From a virus (taxonomy: Duplodnaviria; Heunggongvirae; Uroviricota; Caudoviricetes), in IMG/VR virus record IMGVR_UViG_3300049048_000035, positions 1 through 31,855 of that record: DNA of 31,855 bases; one strand, 5' to 3'. The position numbers and the translations under genes were made by a program. The notes beneath the pieces are model-generated. The model was not told the origin of the DNA and did not search any database. It worked only from the letters and a program-made list of their open reading frames with translations. Of this stretch, positions 21,190-31,325 are shown in pieces. Position 1 is the first letter of the stretch, and each line of letters begins with the position of its first letter.

Positions 21190-22035
21190 ATGAATCATAG
21201 CCTATTCCGGCTAACTCAAAAGGTTTACAACACTCCGCACCTGATTACCCCGGAAGCATTCGGGGTTATCCTAGATTACCTTGAAGCCCGCAACAGCGGG
21301 CTTTCTTCTGTCAACTCGAACCCTTACGGGGACGTAGAGCCAGTAGAAAAGGATAAGCCGTATTCTGACGGTCTAGGTCTTCTTCAAGTGTCGGGTTCTC
21401 TAACCTACAAGCCTGTTATGACTTTGTGTGGAGAGGCTGGTACATCGTACCAATCCCTTGTCCAACAAGTTGAAGAAATGGCTGAAGCTGGTGTACGAAC
21501 AATCGTCATGGAGGTTAACTCCGGTGGTGGTGAAGCGTCCCACGTTTTCCAAGCCTGTGAAGATATTCGTGCAATCTGCGACGAACACAATATCAAGCTA
21601 ATCGGCTACGCAGACACTATTGCTGCTTCTGCTGCCTACGCTCTGATTTCTATTTGCGACGAAGTGATTGCCAACCCCTCTGCCTGCCTAGGCTCAATTG
21701 GTTGTGTGGTAGCGCTAATGGATGCGTCCAAAGCCTACGAACAAGCTGGCCTAAAGCGCATCTTTATTACCTCCGGGGAAAACAAGGTGCCGTTTGCAGA
21801 GGACGGGTCTTTCAAGAAGTCCTTCTTGGATGACATTCAGGAAAGTGTTGATCGCCTAAACGACGAGTTTGCTGCACACGTTTCCAAGTTTACGGGCCTT
21901 GATACCAAGACTATTAAGGGCTTTCAAGCCAAGGTATTCGACGCTGACAAGGCTGTTGAAGTAGGTCTTGCAAACAAGGTTATGACTAACAAGCAATTCA
22001 TCGCCTATGTGGCGAAACTACACAAAGGATTCTGA
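21190..22035 (+). CDS. Prohead protease, S49 family
   Basis: VNSGGGE, AASAAYALIS, LGSIGCV, SGENK motifs. Confidence 0.9.
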   Translation: MNHSLFRLTQKVYNTPHLITPEAFGVILDYLEARNSGLSSVNSNPYGDVEPVEKDKPYSDGLGLLQVSGSLTYKPVMTLCGEAGTSYQSLVQQVEEMAEAGVRTIVMEVNSGGGEASHVFQACEDIRAICDEHNIKLIGYADTIAASAAYALISICDEVIANPSACLGSIGCVVALMDASKAYEQAGLKRIFITSGENKVPFAEDGSFKKSFLDDIQESVDRLNDEFAAHVSKFTGLDTKTIKGFQAKVFDADKAVEVGLANKVMTNKQFIAYVAKLHKGF

Positions 22036-22556
22036 TGCTAGACGCAATTAAGAAGCTGGCGGGTGCCCCTGAAACTGTTCTGCTTTCGGAACACACAGCC
22101 CTGCAAGCGGAATTCGAGAATTTTAAGACCAACGCTAACGAACTGCAAGCGATGGTTGAAGCTGACCTGGCTGAAGCTACTTCTAAGCTTTCTGAAGCTC
22201 TAGAGGCTCTGGCTGCTGCACAGGCTCAAATCGCTGAACTACAAGCTCAACTAGACGCAACTACAGCAATTGCTGAAGAGGCTGTTGAGTCGGCTGAAGA
22301 ACTGCGTGCCAAGGCCCGCAAGGAAAAGCTAGAAGCTCTTGTTGGAACTGACAAGGCTGCAACTTTGATGGTTGCTCTGGCTGACACGGAAGACGCCCAA
22401 TTTGATGCCGTACTGGTTGCCCTAGGTGCCAAGGTTGAAGAAGAGGCTGCTTCTGAAATGTTTACTGAGACTGGCGCGACGGCTTCTGTCGATGCCTCTA
22501 ATGTGGTTGAAGAATCTGAAACCATGAAAATTCTTAAGGCTCGCTGGGGCCGCTAA
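22035..22556 (+). CDS. Scaffolding protein
   Basis: Acidic coiled coil between the protease and capsid genes. Confidence 0.7.
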   Translation: MLDAIKKLAGAPETVLLSEHTALQAEFENFKTNANELQAMVEADLAEATSKLSEALEALAAAQAQIAELQAQLDATTAIAEEAVESAEELRAKARKEKLEALVGTDKAATLMVALADTEDAQFDAVLVALGAKVEEEAASEMFTETGATASVDASNVVEESETMKILKARWGR

Positions 22557-22586
22557 GAACTCCTAATCTAGATAAAAGGAAATCAA

Positions 22587-22991
22587 ATGGCTGTTATTGC
22601 TACTGATTCGACTCGCTTCAGCGCTGTCGTTAAGTATGAATTTGAACCCCAACTGAGCATTTGCCGCGAGTCTGTTGTTATCAACGATACGGCTCAAACG
22701 CTGAAGGTTGGTGCTGTGCTGGGTAAGGTTACTGCCACTGGCAAGTACCGTCTGTGCCTGTCGGCTTCTGCTGACGGCTCCCAAACTCCTGCTGCGATTC
22801 TGATTGCAGACGGGCTTGGTCATTCTGGCGACATTACGCTGGCTAACGCCACGGACACTAAGGCTATCGTGCTTGTGCGCGGTCCTGCCATTGTAGCCGA
22901 CGCTGGCCTGCAACTGGGCACAGGTACTACTCTCGCTGCCGTTAAGACTGCTCTGGAACCCAAGGGTATCCTAGTCGAAACTGCTGTCTAA
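22587..22991 (+). CDS. Head decoration protein (lambda gpD-like)
   Basis: LKVGAVLGKVTATGKY...ADGSQTPAAIL; position before the MCP gene. Confidence 0.85.
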   Translation: MAVIATDSTRFSAVVKYEFEPQLSICRESVVINDTAQTLKVGAVLGKVTATGKYRLCLSASADGSQTPAAILIADGLGHSGDITLANATDTKAIVLVRGPAIVADAGLQLGTGTTLAAVKTALEPKGILVETAV

Positions 22992-23011
22992 TTAAATAAG
23001 GATTAACTAAC

Positions 23012-24025
23012 ATGATTATCCGTAGTTTTGGCAATGCCTTTGAGGTACAAGACTGGACCCAAGAAATCAACGTCATCCCTAATCAGTGGGGTACGATTGG
23101 TAAGATGGGCCTGTTCCAAGAGGAATCGGTTGCCGAGCATGTGGTGGTTTTTGAAGAAATCATCAAGGATGGCGCTCTGATCGTTGACCGTGTACGTGGT
23201 GACCGTGCTCAGGTTGGTAAGGACGCTACTCGTAAGCTGCATACCTTCGCTGTGCCGCACTTCCCGTATGACGACGCTATCAGCCCGCAAGACCTGCAAG
23301 GCAAGCGTGCTTATGGATCGGCTGCTGGTGTGGAAACGCTGGATGCTGTGCGTGCCCGTAAGATGGAGCGCATCGTTCAGAACCACGCTTGGACGCTGGA
23401 ATACGCTCGTGCCCAAGCCCTGACGGCTGGTACAGTTTACGCCCCTAACGGCACTGTGTCTCAAAACTGGTATACAGAGTTTGGCGTAGCCAAGAAGACT
23501 GTTGACTTCCTGCTGGGTACTGCTGGCACTGAAGTTCTGGCTAAGATTGAAGAAGGTATCGCCCACATTCAGGACAACACCCAAGGTGAAAATGTCACTG
23601 GCGTTGTGGTGCTTTGCTCGCCTCAATTCTTCGCTAAGCTGATCGCCCACGCTGGTGTGAAGGCAGCTTACCAATACTACAGCAGCACTCAAGAGCCGCT
23701 TCGTCAACGTCTTGGTGGTGACTTCGCCATCCAGCGTGTGTTCGAGTACGGTGGTGCCCGCTTCGTGGAACTGCGTGACAGCTATGCTGGTAACCCGCTG
23801 ATCCCCGCTGGTAAGGCTTTCATGGTGCCGCTGGGTACGTCTGCTTTCAAGACCTACTACTCGCCTGCCAACCGCTTCGGTCTGGTGAACACACTGGGCG
23901 AGAAGATTTATATGTTCGAGTCGGCCGATAACAAGGGTACGAAGATCGAGATTGAAACGGAGTCTAACTTCGTGAACGCTCTGCTTCGCCCTCAACTGGT
24001 TGTCGAGTTCACAAGCTCGAACTAA
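23012..24025 (+). CDS. Major capsid protein (lambda gpE-like)
   Basis: 337 aa; PHFPYDDAISPQDLQG, TLEYARAQAL, IETESN motifs. Confidence 0.9.
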   Translation: MIIRSFGNAFEVQDWTQEINVIPNQWGTIGKMGLFQEESVAEHVVVFEEIIKDGALIVDRVRGDRAQVGKDATRKLHTFAVPHFPYDDAISPQDLQGKRAYGSAAGVETLDAVRARKMERIVQNHAWTLEYARAQALTAGTVYAPNGTVSQNWYTEFGVAKKTVDFLLGTAGTEVLAKIEEGIAHIQDNTQGENVTGVVVLCSPQFFAKLIAHAGVKAAYQYYSSTQEPLRQRLGGDFAIQRVFEYGGARFVELRDSYAGNPLIPAGKAFMVPLGTSAFKTYYSPANRFGLVNTLGEKIYMFESADNKGTKIEIETESNFVNALLRPQLVVEFTSSN

Positions 24026-24054
24026 TCGGTTAGGCCCGATGGGGCTTGAATCTG

Positions 24055-24086
24055 GCCCCCTCCACCCGGAGGGGGCTTTCTTGTTT
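24055..24086 (+). terminator. Intrinsic terminator after the MCP gene
   Basis: GCCCCCTCC-ACCC-GGAGGGGGC followed by TTTCTTGTTT. Confidence 0.85.
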
Positions 24087-24097
24087 ATGGAGTCTAC

Positions 24098-24481
24098 ATG
24101 ATTATCGACCCAACAACCCCTGTCGGCAAGATTCGTCTTCGTGTTGGTGATTGGCTTGACTTGCCGATCCTATCTGACGCAGTGATTGAGTCAGCACTTG
24201 CTGAGTGCAACGATAGCATTCCTCGTGCTGCCGCCCTGTGTGCTAATTACATTCTAGCCATTCTTACGCACAAGACGCATAAGAAGATGGCTCAGCTTGA
24301 AACTTGGTCTGACCAGCAATTTGACAACTACGTCAAGTTCATTCGCATGACCATCAACAATCCTCACCACATGGGAATCTCCCCGATCCCATACAACAAT
24401 ACTGGTGACGGACACCCAATCATCGACTTTATCGAAGAGTGGAATAGCGAGTATTCAAGCAACAAGTATTTGACGCTGTGA
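24098..24481 (+). CDS. Head-tail adaptor-like protein
   Basis: IDPTTPVGKIRLRVGD...ILSD N-terminus; position after MCP. Confidence 0.7.
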   Translation: MIIDPTTPVGKIRLRVGDWLDLPILSDAVIESALAECNDSIPRAAALCANYILAILTHKTHKKMAQLETWSDQQFDNYVKFIRMTINNPHHMGISPIPYNNTGDGHPIIDFIEEWNSEYSSNKYLTL

Positions 24482-24488
24482 GGTTTGA

Positions 24489-24881
24489 ATGTTTGAAGAC
24501 TTCGACCACACAGTTCTACATTTTATGAATGAGTGGGGGTCAGACTTCCAATACATCCGCAGCGTGGATGGGGAATACAACCCTGCAACTGGTTCAACAA
24601 GTTCTACAGAAAAGAAGTTCCTTGTACGTGGAATCATGATGGACATGACTCTGCAAAGCAACGGCTTGGGTACCAGGTACGGTACACAAATTCTTGCTGG
24701 GGACAAACAATTCTTCATGCAGCCGCCTAACAAGGCGACAGACGGCGCTCCTGCTTTGGTAGTCAACCCGACGACTGATCGAATTAAGCTGGGCAATGTT
24801 CTCTACTCAATCGTAACTTTCAAAGAAGTTAATCCAACAGGCGCAGACCCAATCGTATTTGAATTGGTTCTCCGTCGTTAA
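24489..24881 (+). CDS. Head closure/stopper-like protein
   Basis: GEYNPATG, ILAGDKQ and ELVLRR motifs. Confidence 0.7.
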   Translation: MFEDFDHTVLHFMNEWGSDFQYIRSVDGEYNPATGSTSSTEKKFLVRGIMMDMTLQSNGLGTRYGTQILAGDKQFFMQPPNKATDGAPALVVNPTTDRIKLGNVLYSIVTFKEVNPTGADPIVFELVLRR

Positions 24882-24900
24882 TCCTAAAGGAATATTGAAA

Positions 24901-25299
24901 ATGGCAAAGTGGGTTCACTCCGACGTGCTTGATAACGGTCTGAACGCTATCAAGACCAACGCTAACCGCATGGTGCTGCTGAAGGCATATACGGCTGGCG
25001 ACTCTTACGCAACGGTCTACACGACCAACAACATCGCTGAAGCAACGATGGCTTCTGGCGACTACACCCTAGCTGGTGCTGCCAACGGTCCCCGCACGCT
25101 GACGGTTGCCTCGGGTAAGACTGCCACGGCTGGTAACGGCGGTTCTGGTGCTTCTCCTGACCTTCACATTGCTTTCGTTGACACTGCAACCAGCAAGGTT
25201 CTGTGGGTGACGGACGAAACCTCTAACCAAGTGGTTACGGCTGGCAATACAGTCAACTTCCCGTCTGGTCTTGTTTACACAAGCAACCAACCAACCTAA
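24901..25299 (+). CDS. Virion-associated hypothetical protein
   Basis: ATG 24901 after AAGGAA; beta-rich; first gene of the accessory cassette. Confidence 0.7.
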   Translation: MAKWVHSDVLDNGLNAIKTNANRMVLLKAYTAGDSYATVYTTNNIAEATMASGDYTLAGAANGPRTLTVASGKTATAGNGGSGASPDLHIAFVDTATSKVLWVTDETSNQVVTAGNTVNFPSGLVYTSNQPT

Positions 25300-25313
25300 T
25301 TAGGAGCCTTTAA

Positions 25314-25751
25314 ATGACCCCGCAACAAATCCGTGATGCCGTGACGGCTGACCCTGCTCTGCTTGCGGCGGTGAAGGCTGAGAATCCTGACTGGGCAGCA
25401 ATCGCTGCCCAAGTCGCAGCAGGTAAGACTCGTGCTCGTGAAATGGAAGTCGGCAACGGCACGATCATCGAGACAATCGGCATGACAGTTGGCAATGCCC
25501 TGCTGGACGTGCTGATGAGTTCTGACCCTGCCAGCCCTTATCGCCACATCAAGCCCCTGCTTGAGCAAGGTCGCCTGAAGGCACATTCCCCGCTAATTGC
25601 AGGAGCACTGGTTCCCTTGGTTGGTGTTGTCCCTGGGTTCACTGCTACTCACTGTGACATGCTTATCAATCTTGGCAAGCAACCTGAAGTTGTGTCAGTA
25701 CATGAGTTGACCTCTGCCGTGTTCAACACTGATGGCACTTATGCTGTTTAA
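25314..25751 (+). CDS. Hypothetical virion-associated protein
   Basis: AGGAG RBS; 145 aa. Confidence 0.7.
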   Translation: MTPQQIRDAVTADPALLAAVKAENPDWAAIAAQVAAGKTRAREMEVGNGTIIETIGMTVGNALLDVLMSSDPASPYRHIKPLLEQGRLKAHSPLIAGALVPLVGVVPGFTATHCDMLINLGKQPEVVSVHELTSAVFNTDGTYAV

Positions 25752-25761
25752 GGAGTAATAC

Positions 25762-26148
25762 ATGGCAAAGACAATTGACACAGCAGTCAACGTAGTTACG
25801 AGCCAGTCTCTTGCTGCTACTGGTACTGTTCGTGGCACTGCTGACGTTCGTACTAAGGATGGCGGACGACTGACTCTGAAGATCACTAACGGTGGTACTG
25901 GCCCAACTGCACAATGCGAAGGCCGAGTTCTCATTTCTCATTCTGACGGTGCTACCCCTACTGCTGCTTCGGCAGGCGTGGATTGGAAGACCGTCTTCCG
26001 CTTCGGTGGTGGTACCACAGCCTCTACTGTGACTGAACAGTCATGGGTATTTGGCCCTGATGTTCGCCACATTGAAGTTGAATTCACTGGCAACACTGCA
26101 CAAGCAGTAACTGTTGAAGCTGTTCTAAGCACATTCACATACACCTAA
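25762..26148 (+). CDS. Small beta-sandwich-like virion protein
   Basis: AAGGAG RBS; Thr/Gly-rich beta pattern. Confidence 0.7.
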   Translation: MAKTIDTAVNVVTSQSLAATGTVRGTADVRTKDGGRLTLKITNGGTGPTAQCEGRVLISHSDGATPTAASAGVDWKTVFRFGGGTTASTVTEQSWVFGPDVRHIEVEFTGNTAQAVTVEAVLSTFTYT

Positions 26149-26160
26149 TTCGGAGGGGCT

Positions 26161-28788
26161 ATGGGCATCCTTGATTACGTTTACAGAGTTAAGCCGCAAG
26201 CAGGGGATGCCGCCCCTCACGATGAGGTCGGTGGTGGGCAGTTTGCAATGTCGTCGGGCATTGGTTCGGCACAGATTGTTGAAGCGGATGGCCGCTGGGG
26301 TTGGCGCTTCACTCGCAGCTACTGGCGTCACTATGGAGCTATCAGCAAGGAAGTCTCTGGTGGTGTGGCAAGAGAAGACTCAGTGACCATCGCTGTCCGA
26401 ATGAAGATTGTTGCCTACGATACTTCCAACGACTTCGACCCCTTGGCTAGCTACATGGCAGGTACAGGCATTTCAAGCGGCTTGACAATCGCCCAAGCTG
26501 GTTCGTCTAACCAGTTCGTACGTTCTCGCTATAACAACGCTGGCGCACCGACGTACAACCGACGCACTGACAGCTTCTACACCTATGTCTTGCGTGTCAA
26601 CACAGTTAATGCCTCTGGACAAGACACTCTAAGGACATGGCGCAGTGACGGCAACGTTAACTCCACCACAGAAGATAACCTACTAACAGGGGTCAACTTC
26701 GCCACACAGACTCTCGACGCAGTTCATTTGGGGTCGAACAACGGGACGCTCATCGTCACTGACTTCGTAATCTGGCATGAGTCGTTGTCAGATGAAGACT
26801 GCCGAGCGTTGGCTAACAACATTCAACTGGTGGATGGCCCGTCTGCTGGTGCATCACCTGTACGCGAGATTCGTGTTCCTTGGTACAGCCAACCACCCTA
26901 CTACGTCCCCATCGACCGTTCAAATCGATTTGGCAGCAAGCTGCGCCTCCTGTATTGCCCATCTATGGGCTTTCAGAACTTGGCTAACCCTGCTGAACCG
27001 CTGAAGTCCGTTCTGGGCTCTGACAGGGTCTTCTCTCGTGATGAGGGGATTGCGCTCTGCCCAAATAACTCGCTCTCTGGCGGCAAGGTCTTCTTCGCAA
27101 ACAACCGCACTGAGACTCAGCCTAATGCTCTTACTGTATTTGCGCTCTGCCGCTCTGTCGGTGGTGGAAACAACGGCTTCGTCATCGCCCGCCAGATGGG
27201 AACCTCGCAGCCTTCCATCGGCATTGGGGTTCACCGTGGGAGCATGAACGGAATTTCCTTCTCCATCAGTGCGGTTGGAGGCGACGGTTACCTTGGTCTG
27301 CCAATGTCAAACCTTGGCTCTGCCGCAATTGAGGGCAAACTGCTGTTTATCGTTGCGACTACCTTGTATGACCCGTCTAGCGGGCTCACATTCTGGACGC
27401 TGTACCTCAACGGGCAGTATCAAGCTGGCGGCAACATCGTCGGGCGCATCGACTACAGTCGCACGGATCAAGGCTGGGCGATTGGGGAAGGCTTCGCCAA
27501 TAGCTCCACTGGCTTCTCTGGGGATATCTTCCTGGCCGGGGTTATTGAAGACTTCTTTGATGCTGATGGTTTCAGCGGTGGCAACATCGAGAAAGAGTTC
27601 TCGATTAAGAGTTTGCAGCGCAACCCGTGGCAAATCTTTGAGCCTCGTACTGAGATTCGCAGAGTCATCAGTGCCCCTGCTGCGCCTTCTAAGCAACGGC
27701 AACTGCGCAGCAGGTCTATCAGAACTACGCAACCGCAAGAACGGGTCGAAATCAAACCTGAGTACAATGTCAAGGCAGCCTTCTCGCCGTTTGGATGGGA
27801 TGACGCTGGCATTCATTCTCAAAACATCACCCTAGAAGCTGCTACAGGAGGGCTGGGGTGGGTTGGCGGAATCTCTAGAACAAGAGACATTTCAGGGATT
27901 CACAACCGATCTAAGGTGACGGTTGTGGCTCATATGTCTAGACCGCTAGACACTGTTAACAATTTGTGCAAGGTTTCCGGTGGAGGCTATGGTTGGCGAG
28001 TGGCCATCGACAACTGGACAGCTTCAGCCGCCCGCCTTACGGTGTATGGTGCTTGGTCAGGCGCAGGCGCAGGCGTAACTGTCCCTTGGACCCAAGGGGC
28101 CGCAAAGACAGTTGTGTTTGAACTTGATATGACGGACAACGCCAATGCTAAAGCTAAAATCTACGTGAGCACAGGCGAAACTTATGACCTGAACATTAGC
28201 AATAATGTTACAGACCCTACTCCGTCTTCTAACCTTGGGGCTGGTACTGTCGAGTTTGGCTCAAGTAATAGTTCACCTATCCATTTGGTTGCTGTCATCC
28301 AAGGCACAAATCCTGAAATGTCAGTAAGTCTTGTTCAAAATCCTTGGCAGATTTTCACAGACATTGAAGGTGCTTCGTACAGTTTCCCTGGCGGTGTCGT
28401 TGAGCCTCCCGGCCCTCCATACCGACCAACCAGCGACGTACTGACAACTGGCTGGGTGGCAACACCCACTGGCGATCTGTACGCAGTGTTGGATGACGCT
28501 GTAGAGGATGATGCCGACTACGTGACCAGCCCACCTGTGTCCGGTACTCCTGCCCCCGCCACCTTCGGTGTTGGGCCAGTCGATGCTGGTACATGGTCTG
28601 TCAAGGTAAGGGCTAAGAAGCAGGGCGGGGATACTGCGGTGCTGAGAGTGAAGCTGCTAGATTCCGGTGACGTAGTTATCGGTACAGCAGGCCCGTTCAC
28701 GCTAACACCTGACATGCAAACCTTCCAAGCCAACGTAACTACAATTGGAACGGCTGTAAAGGCAAGTCTTGAAGTAACCAACTCGTAA
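26161..28788 (+). CDS. Multi-module LamG/ConA-like lectin protein
   Basis: 875 aa; FVIWHESLSDEDCRAL LamG-type ending; repeated NPWQIF module ends. Confidence 0.65.
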   Translation: MGILDYVYRVKPQAGDAAPHDEVGGGQFAMSSGIGSAQIVEADGRWGWRFTRSYWRHYGAISKEVSGGVAREDSVTIAVRMKIVAYDTSNDFDPLASYMAGTGISSGLTIAQAGSSNQFVRSRYNNAGAPTYNRRTDSFYTYVLRVNTVNASGQDTLRTWRSDGNVNSTTEDNLLTGVNFATQTLDAVHLGSNNGTLIVTDFVIWHESLSDEDCRALANNIQLVDGPSAGASPVREIRVPWYSQPPYYVPIDRSNRFGSKLRLLYCPSMGFQNLANPAEPLKSVLGSDRVFSRDEGIALCPNNSLSGGKVFFANNRTETQPNALTVFALCRSVGGGNNGFVIARQMGTSQPSIGIGVHRGSMNGISFSISAVGGDGYLGLPMSNLGSAAIEGKLLFIVATTLYDPSSGLTFWTLYLNGQYQAGGNIVGRIDYSRTDQGWAIGEGFANSSTGFSGDIFLAGVIEDFFDADGFSGGNIEKEFSIKSLQRNPWQIFEPRTEIRRVISAPAAPSKQRQLRSRSIRTTQPQERVEIKPEYNVKAAFSPFGWDDAGIHSQNITLEAATGGLGWVGGISRTRDISGIHNRSKVTVVAHMSRPLDTVNNLCKVSGGGYGWRVAIDNWTASAARLTVYGAWSGAGAGVTVPWTQGAAKTVVFELDMTDNANAKAKIYVSTGETYDLNISNNVTDPTPSSNLGAGTVEFGSSNSSPIHLVAVIQGTNPEMSVSLVQNPWQIFTDIEGASYSFPGGVVEPPGPPYRPTSDVLTTGWVATPTGDLYAVLDDAVEDDADYVTSPPVSGTPAPATFGVGPVDAGTWSVKVRAKKQGGDTAVLRVKLLDSGDVVIGTAGPFTLTPDMQTFQANVTTIGTAVKASLEVTNS

Positions 28789-28799
28789 GGAATTGAGAA

Positions 28800-30935
28800 A
28801 TGGCATTTACCGCAGTTGGTTCTAGAGGGACTGGGGTAGCATCCACAGCCGGTGGGCAGTTGCAGTTGTCCCCTAATGCTGCTGTAGCGGCCGACCGGCT
28901 ACTGGTTCTAGTTGTGCAGGGGGATAACAGTTCTGAGCTAGACGGCTCCAACTCAGAAACGGTGTCCTCTGTCACTGACAGTGTGGGTAACACTTGGACT
29001 AAAGTAAGGGAGTTTACTTGCTCCCCTACTGCCCAACCCCGGGACGGTACGTTCGTCAGCTTGTGGTATACGGTTACTACCGCTCCACTGGCAACTAGCG
29101 ACACAATCACCGCTACGTTTATCACATCATCCCTCGTTCACAGGACGATGGGTGTGTTTGAGTTTTCTAAGGGTGCTGGTACTGGCGTCACAGTAGCGAC
29201 GACCCGTGCAGACAGAATTTACGCTTCCGTAGATTTCCCTAGTGCCCTGGCTTCTAGCCTAGCGTCCAAAGAATACCTAGCCTTCGTCGGTTATGGTAAG
29301 CAGGCCAACGCGCTTGGTGCTATCACTCCTAGCAATAATTACACCAACACGGGTTGGAACACTAGAAGTGCCAACGTTAATGAAGCTCAAGCAATGCGGG
29401 CCGAGTACCGTATCTTTACGGGCACTTCCACTGGGACTGCTGCGGCTACTCTGAGCGCTACAGGGGATAGTGTTACTGTGATGGGGGTGCTGCAAGAAGT
29501 TACACCGCACGACCTCACAACGTCAAACTCTAGCCAGATTAACGAATCAAGTGATGGGTCACTAATTACCAATGCCCAAATCTCTTGGTTTGAGATTGGT
29601 ACCCCTGCGTCAGCCCATGACCTGACGGGAACAGATTCTAGTCAATCAGCCTCATCTGGCACAGCAGCAATTTCTAGTGTGCATGTCTTGCTAGGAGCGT
29701 TGTCTACACAAGTCAACGTTTCATCAACGCAAGTCATCACGCAGGTTCATCAAACAGCAGGAACTACAGCCTCACAAACTGCCTCTAGCAGTACAGGGTC
29801 TGTAAGTCAAGCGCATACCCTAGCAGGGGCTAACAGCAGCCAAAGTGCATCTAGCTCGACAGCAACTGTCTCTCAAGTTCAAATCCTTCTAGGAGCGAAC
29901 TCAACGCAGACAGCAGCATCTAGCTCTGGTTCAATCGGCGGCTCTAGCGCTCTAACAGGTGCAAACAGCACACAGGCGGCAACGTCGGGTACTGGCGCTA
30001 TTACGCTGACGCTGACTCTAATTGGGGCAGCAGCAGCACAGGCAGCTAATAGCAGCACGGGTGCTATCACCCAATCCCACGCTCTAGCAGCAAGCAACTC
30101 CGCTCAAGCAAGCACTTCGCTCGCAGCAGGCATTACACAGACTCACATTCTGATTGGTGCTAATGCAACGCAGGGAGCTACAAGCAGCACGGGTGCCCTT
30201 GGGGCTGGTGCTAACAACCTGACAGGTGCCAACTCTACGCAGTCTGCGGCAAGCGGTACAGGCGGTGTTGGACAAATTCATGTCCTGATTGGTTCTAACG
30301 CTTCTCAGGCTTCTACAAGCTCTACAGGCTCTGCAACTCAAGTTCACACCCTAGTTGGTACGAACAGCACGCAGGCAGCTAACAGCAGCACAGGAAGCCT
30401 TGGCGGGGTGGCTATCAACCTGATCGGTGCAGGAAGCAGCCAAGCAGCTACAAGCACAACAGGGGCCTTGGCTCAGGTTCATGCTTTGATTGCTGCAAGC
30501 GCTCTTGCTACGGCTACGTCGGGTACTGGCACGGTTGTTCAGGTACAGCTTCTAACTGGTGCCTCCGCTGCCCAACTAGCAACGTCTGCTGCTGTAGTGA
30601 TTGGTCAAGACCATCTTCTACAAGCTGCTGCTTCGCTGCAAGGCAACGCTGTAATTGCTATCACGATTACTCAGGCTCACGCTCTGGTTGGTGGCAATAG
30701 CACACAACAGCCTTTGTCTGTTTCTGGCGTTCTAACTGCTGTTCAGGCACTCTTTGGGTCTAGCGCAAGTCAGACCAACGAATCGGGAATCGGTGCAATT
30801 GCAATGGGTGTTCTATACCCTGTGCCAGTTGTCTCTGTCCTGATCGTGTCTAACCCTTACAGAGTTGGAATTAGCTCGAACCCATACAACGTGCTGGTTC
30901 AATCCAACCCTTACAACATCAAGTGGACAAGGTAA
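28800..30935 (+). CDS. Fibre-like protein with about 19 tandem 22-aa repeats
   Basis: HxLxGANSTQAAxSSTGAIxQ repeats; C-terminal triple SNPY. Confidence 0.75.
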   Translation: MAFTAVGSRGTGVASTAGGQLQLSPNAAVAADRLLVLVVQGDNSSELDGSNSETVSSVTDSVGNTWTKVREFTCSPTAQPRDGTFVSLWYTVTTAPLATSDTITATFITSSLVHRTMGVFEFSKGAGTGVTVATTRADRIYASVDFPSALASSLASKEYLAFVGYGKQANALGAITPSNNYTNTGWNTRSANVNEAQAMRAEYRIFTGTSTGTAAATLSATGDSVTVMGVLQEVTPHDLTTSNSSQINESSDGSLITNAQISWFEIGTPASAHDLTGTDSSQSASSGTAAISSVHVLLGALSTQVNVSSTQVITQVHQTAGTTASQTASSSTGSVSQAHTLAGANSSQSASSSTATVSQVQILLGANSTQTAASSSGSIGGSSALTGANSTQAATSGTGAITLTLTLIGAAAAQAANSSTGAITQSHALAASNSAQASTSLAAGITQTHILIGANATQGATSSTGALGAGANNLTGANSTQSAASGTGGVGQIHVLIGSNASQASTSSTGSATQVHTLVGTNSTQAANSSTGSLGGVAINLIGAGSSQAATSTTGALAQVHALIAASALATATSGTGTVVQVQLLTGASAAQLATSAAVVIGQDHLLQAAASLQGNAVIAITITQAHALVGGNSTQQPLSVSGVLTAVQALFGSSASQTNESGIGAIAMGVLYPVPVVSVLIVSNPYRVGISSNPYNVLVQSNPYNIKWTR

Positions 30936-31264
30936 TGATTATCGAAAGACGCAGGGGCGACACAGCCCCTGACATTTTTACACTGACAGAAAAGGCAACA
31001 GGTGACCCAGCCAACTTGGCTGGTTGCTCAGCAGTTCTGACAGTGGATACCCGAGAGAACCCCACTGATGCTACTACCCAGCAGTATCAGCTTGTAGGGG
31101 TTATTTCCAATCCTGTTGATGGGGTGATTAAGTTCTCCCCGTCTGCTGCACAGGCTGACAAGCTAGGAACGTTCTATTTTGACGTACAGCTTACGGATGC
31201 TACAGGAGCAATCCTGACAGTATCCAAGGGCCAGTATATCTATAAGCAGGACATTACCAAGTAA
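30935..31264 (+). CDS. BppU-N-like Ig-fold fibre attachment protein
   Basis: RRGDT...NLAGCSAVL...GVIKF...GTFYFDVQLTD pattern; TAATG coupling. Confidence 0.6.
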   Translation: MIIERRRGDTAPDIFTLTEKATGDPANLAGCSAVLTVDTRENPTDATTQQYQLVGVISNPVDGVIKFSPSAAQADKLGTFYFDVQLTDATGAILTVSKGQYIYKQDITK

Positions 31265-31289
31265 CGGGCTGTGCTAGCTGTAAGCAGAT

Positions 31290-31318
31290 TTGACAAATTA
31301 GCTTCTATATTGTATAAT
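31290..31318 (+). promoter_or_regulatory. Consensus sigma70 promoter restarting the neck/tail genes
   Basis: TTGACA-17 nt-TATAAT. Confidence 0.85.
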
Positions 31319-31325
31319 GGCAACA

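Noticed and set aside
23003-23995. 330-aa minus-strand ORF
   Set aside because: Antisense shadow of the major capsid gene
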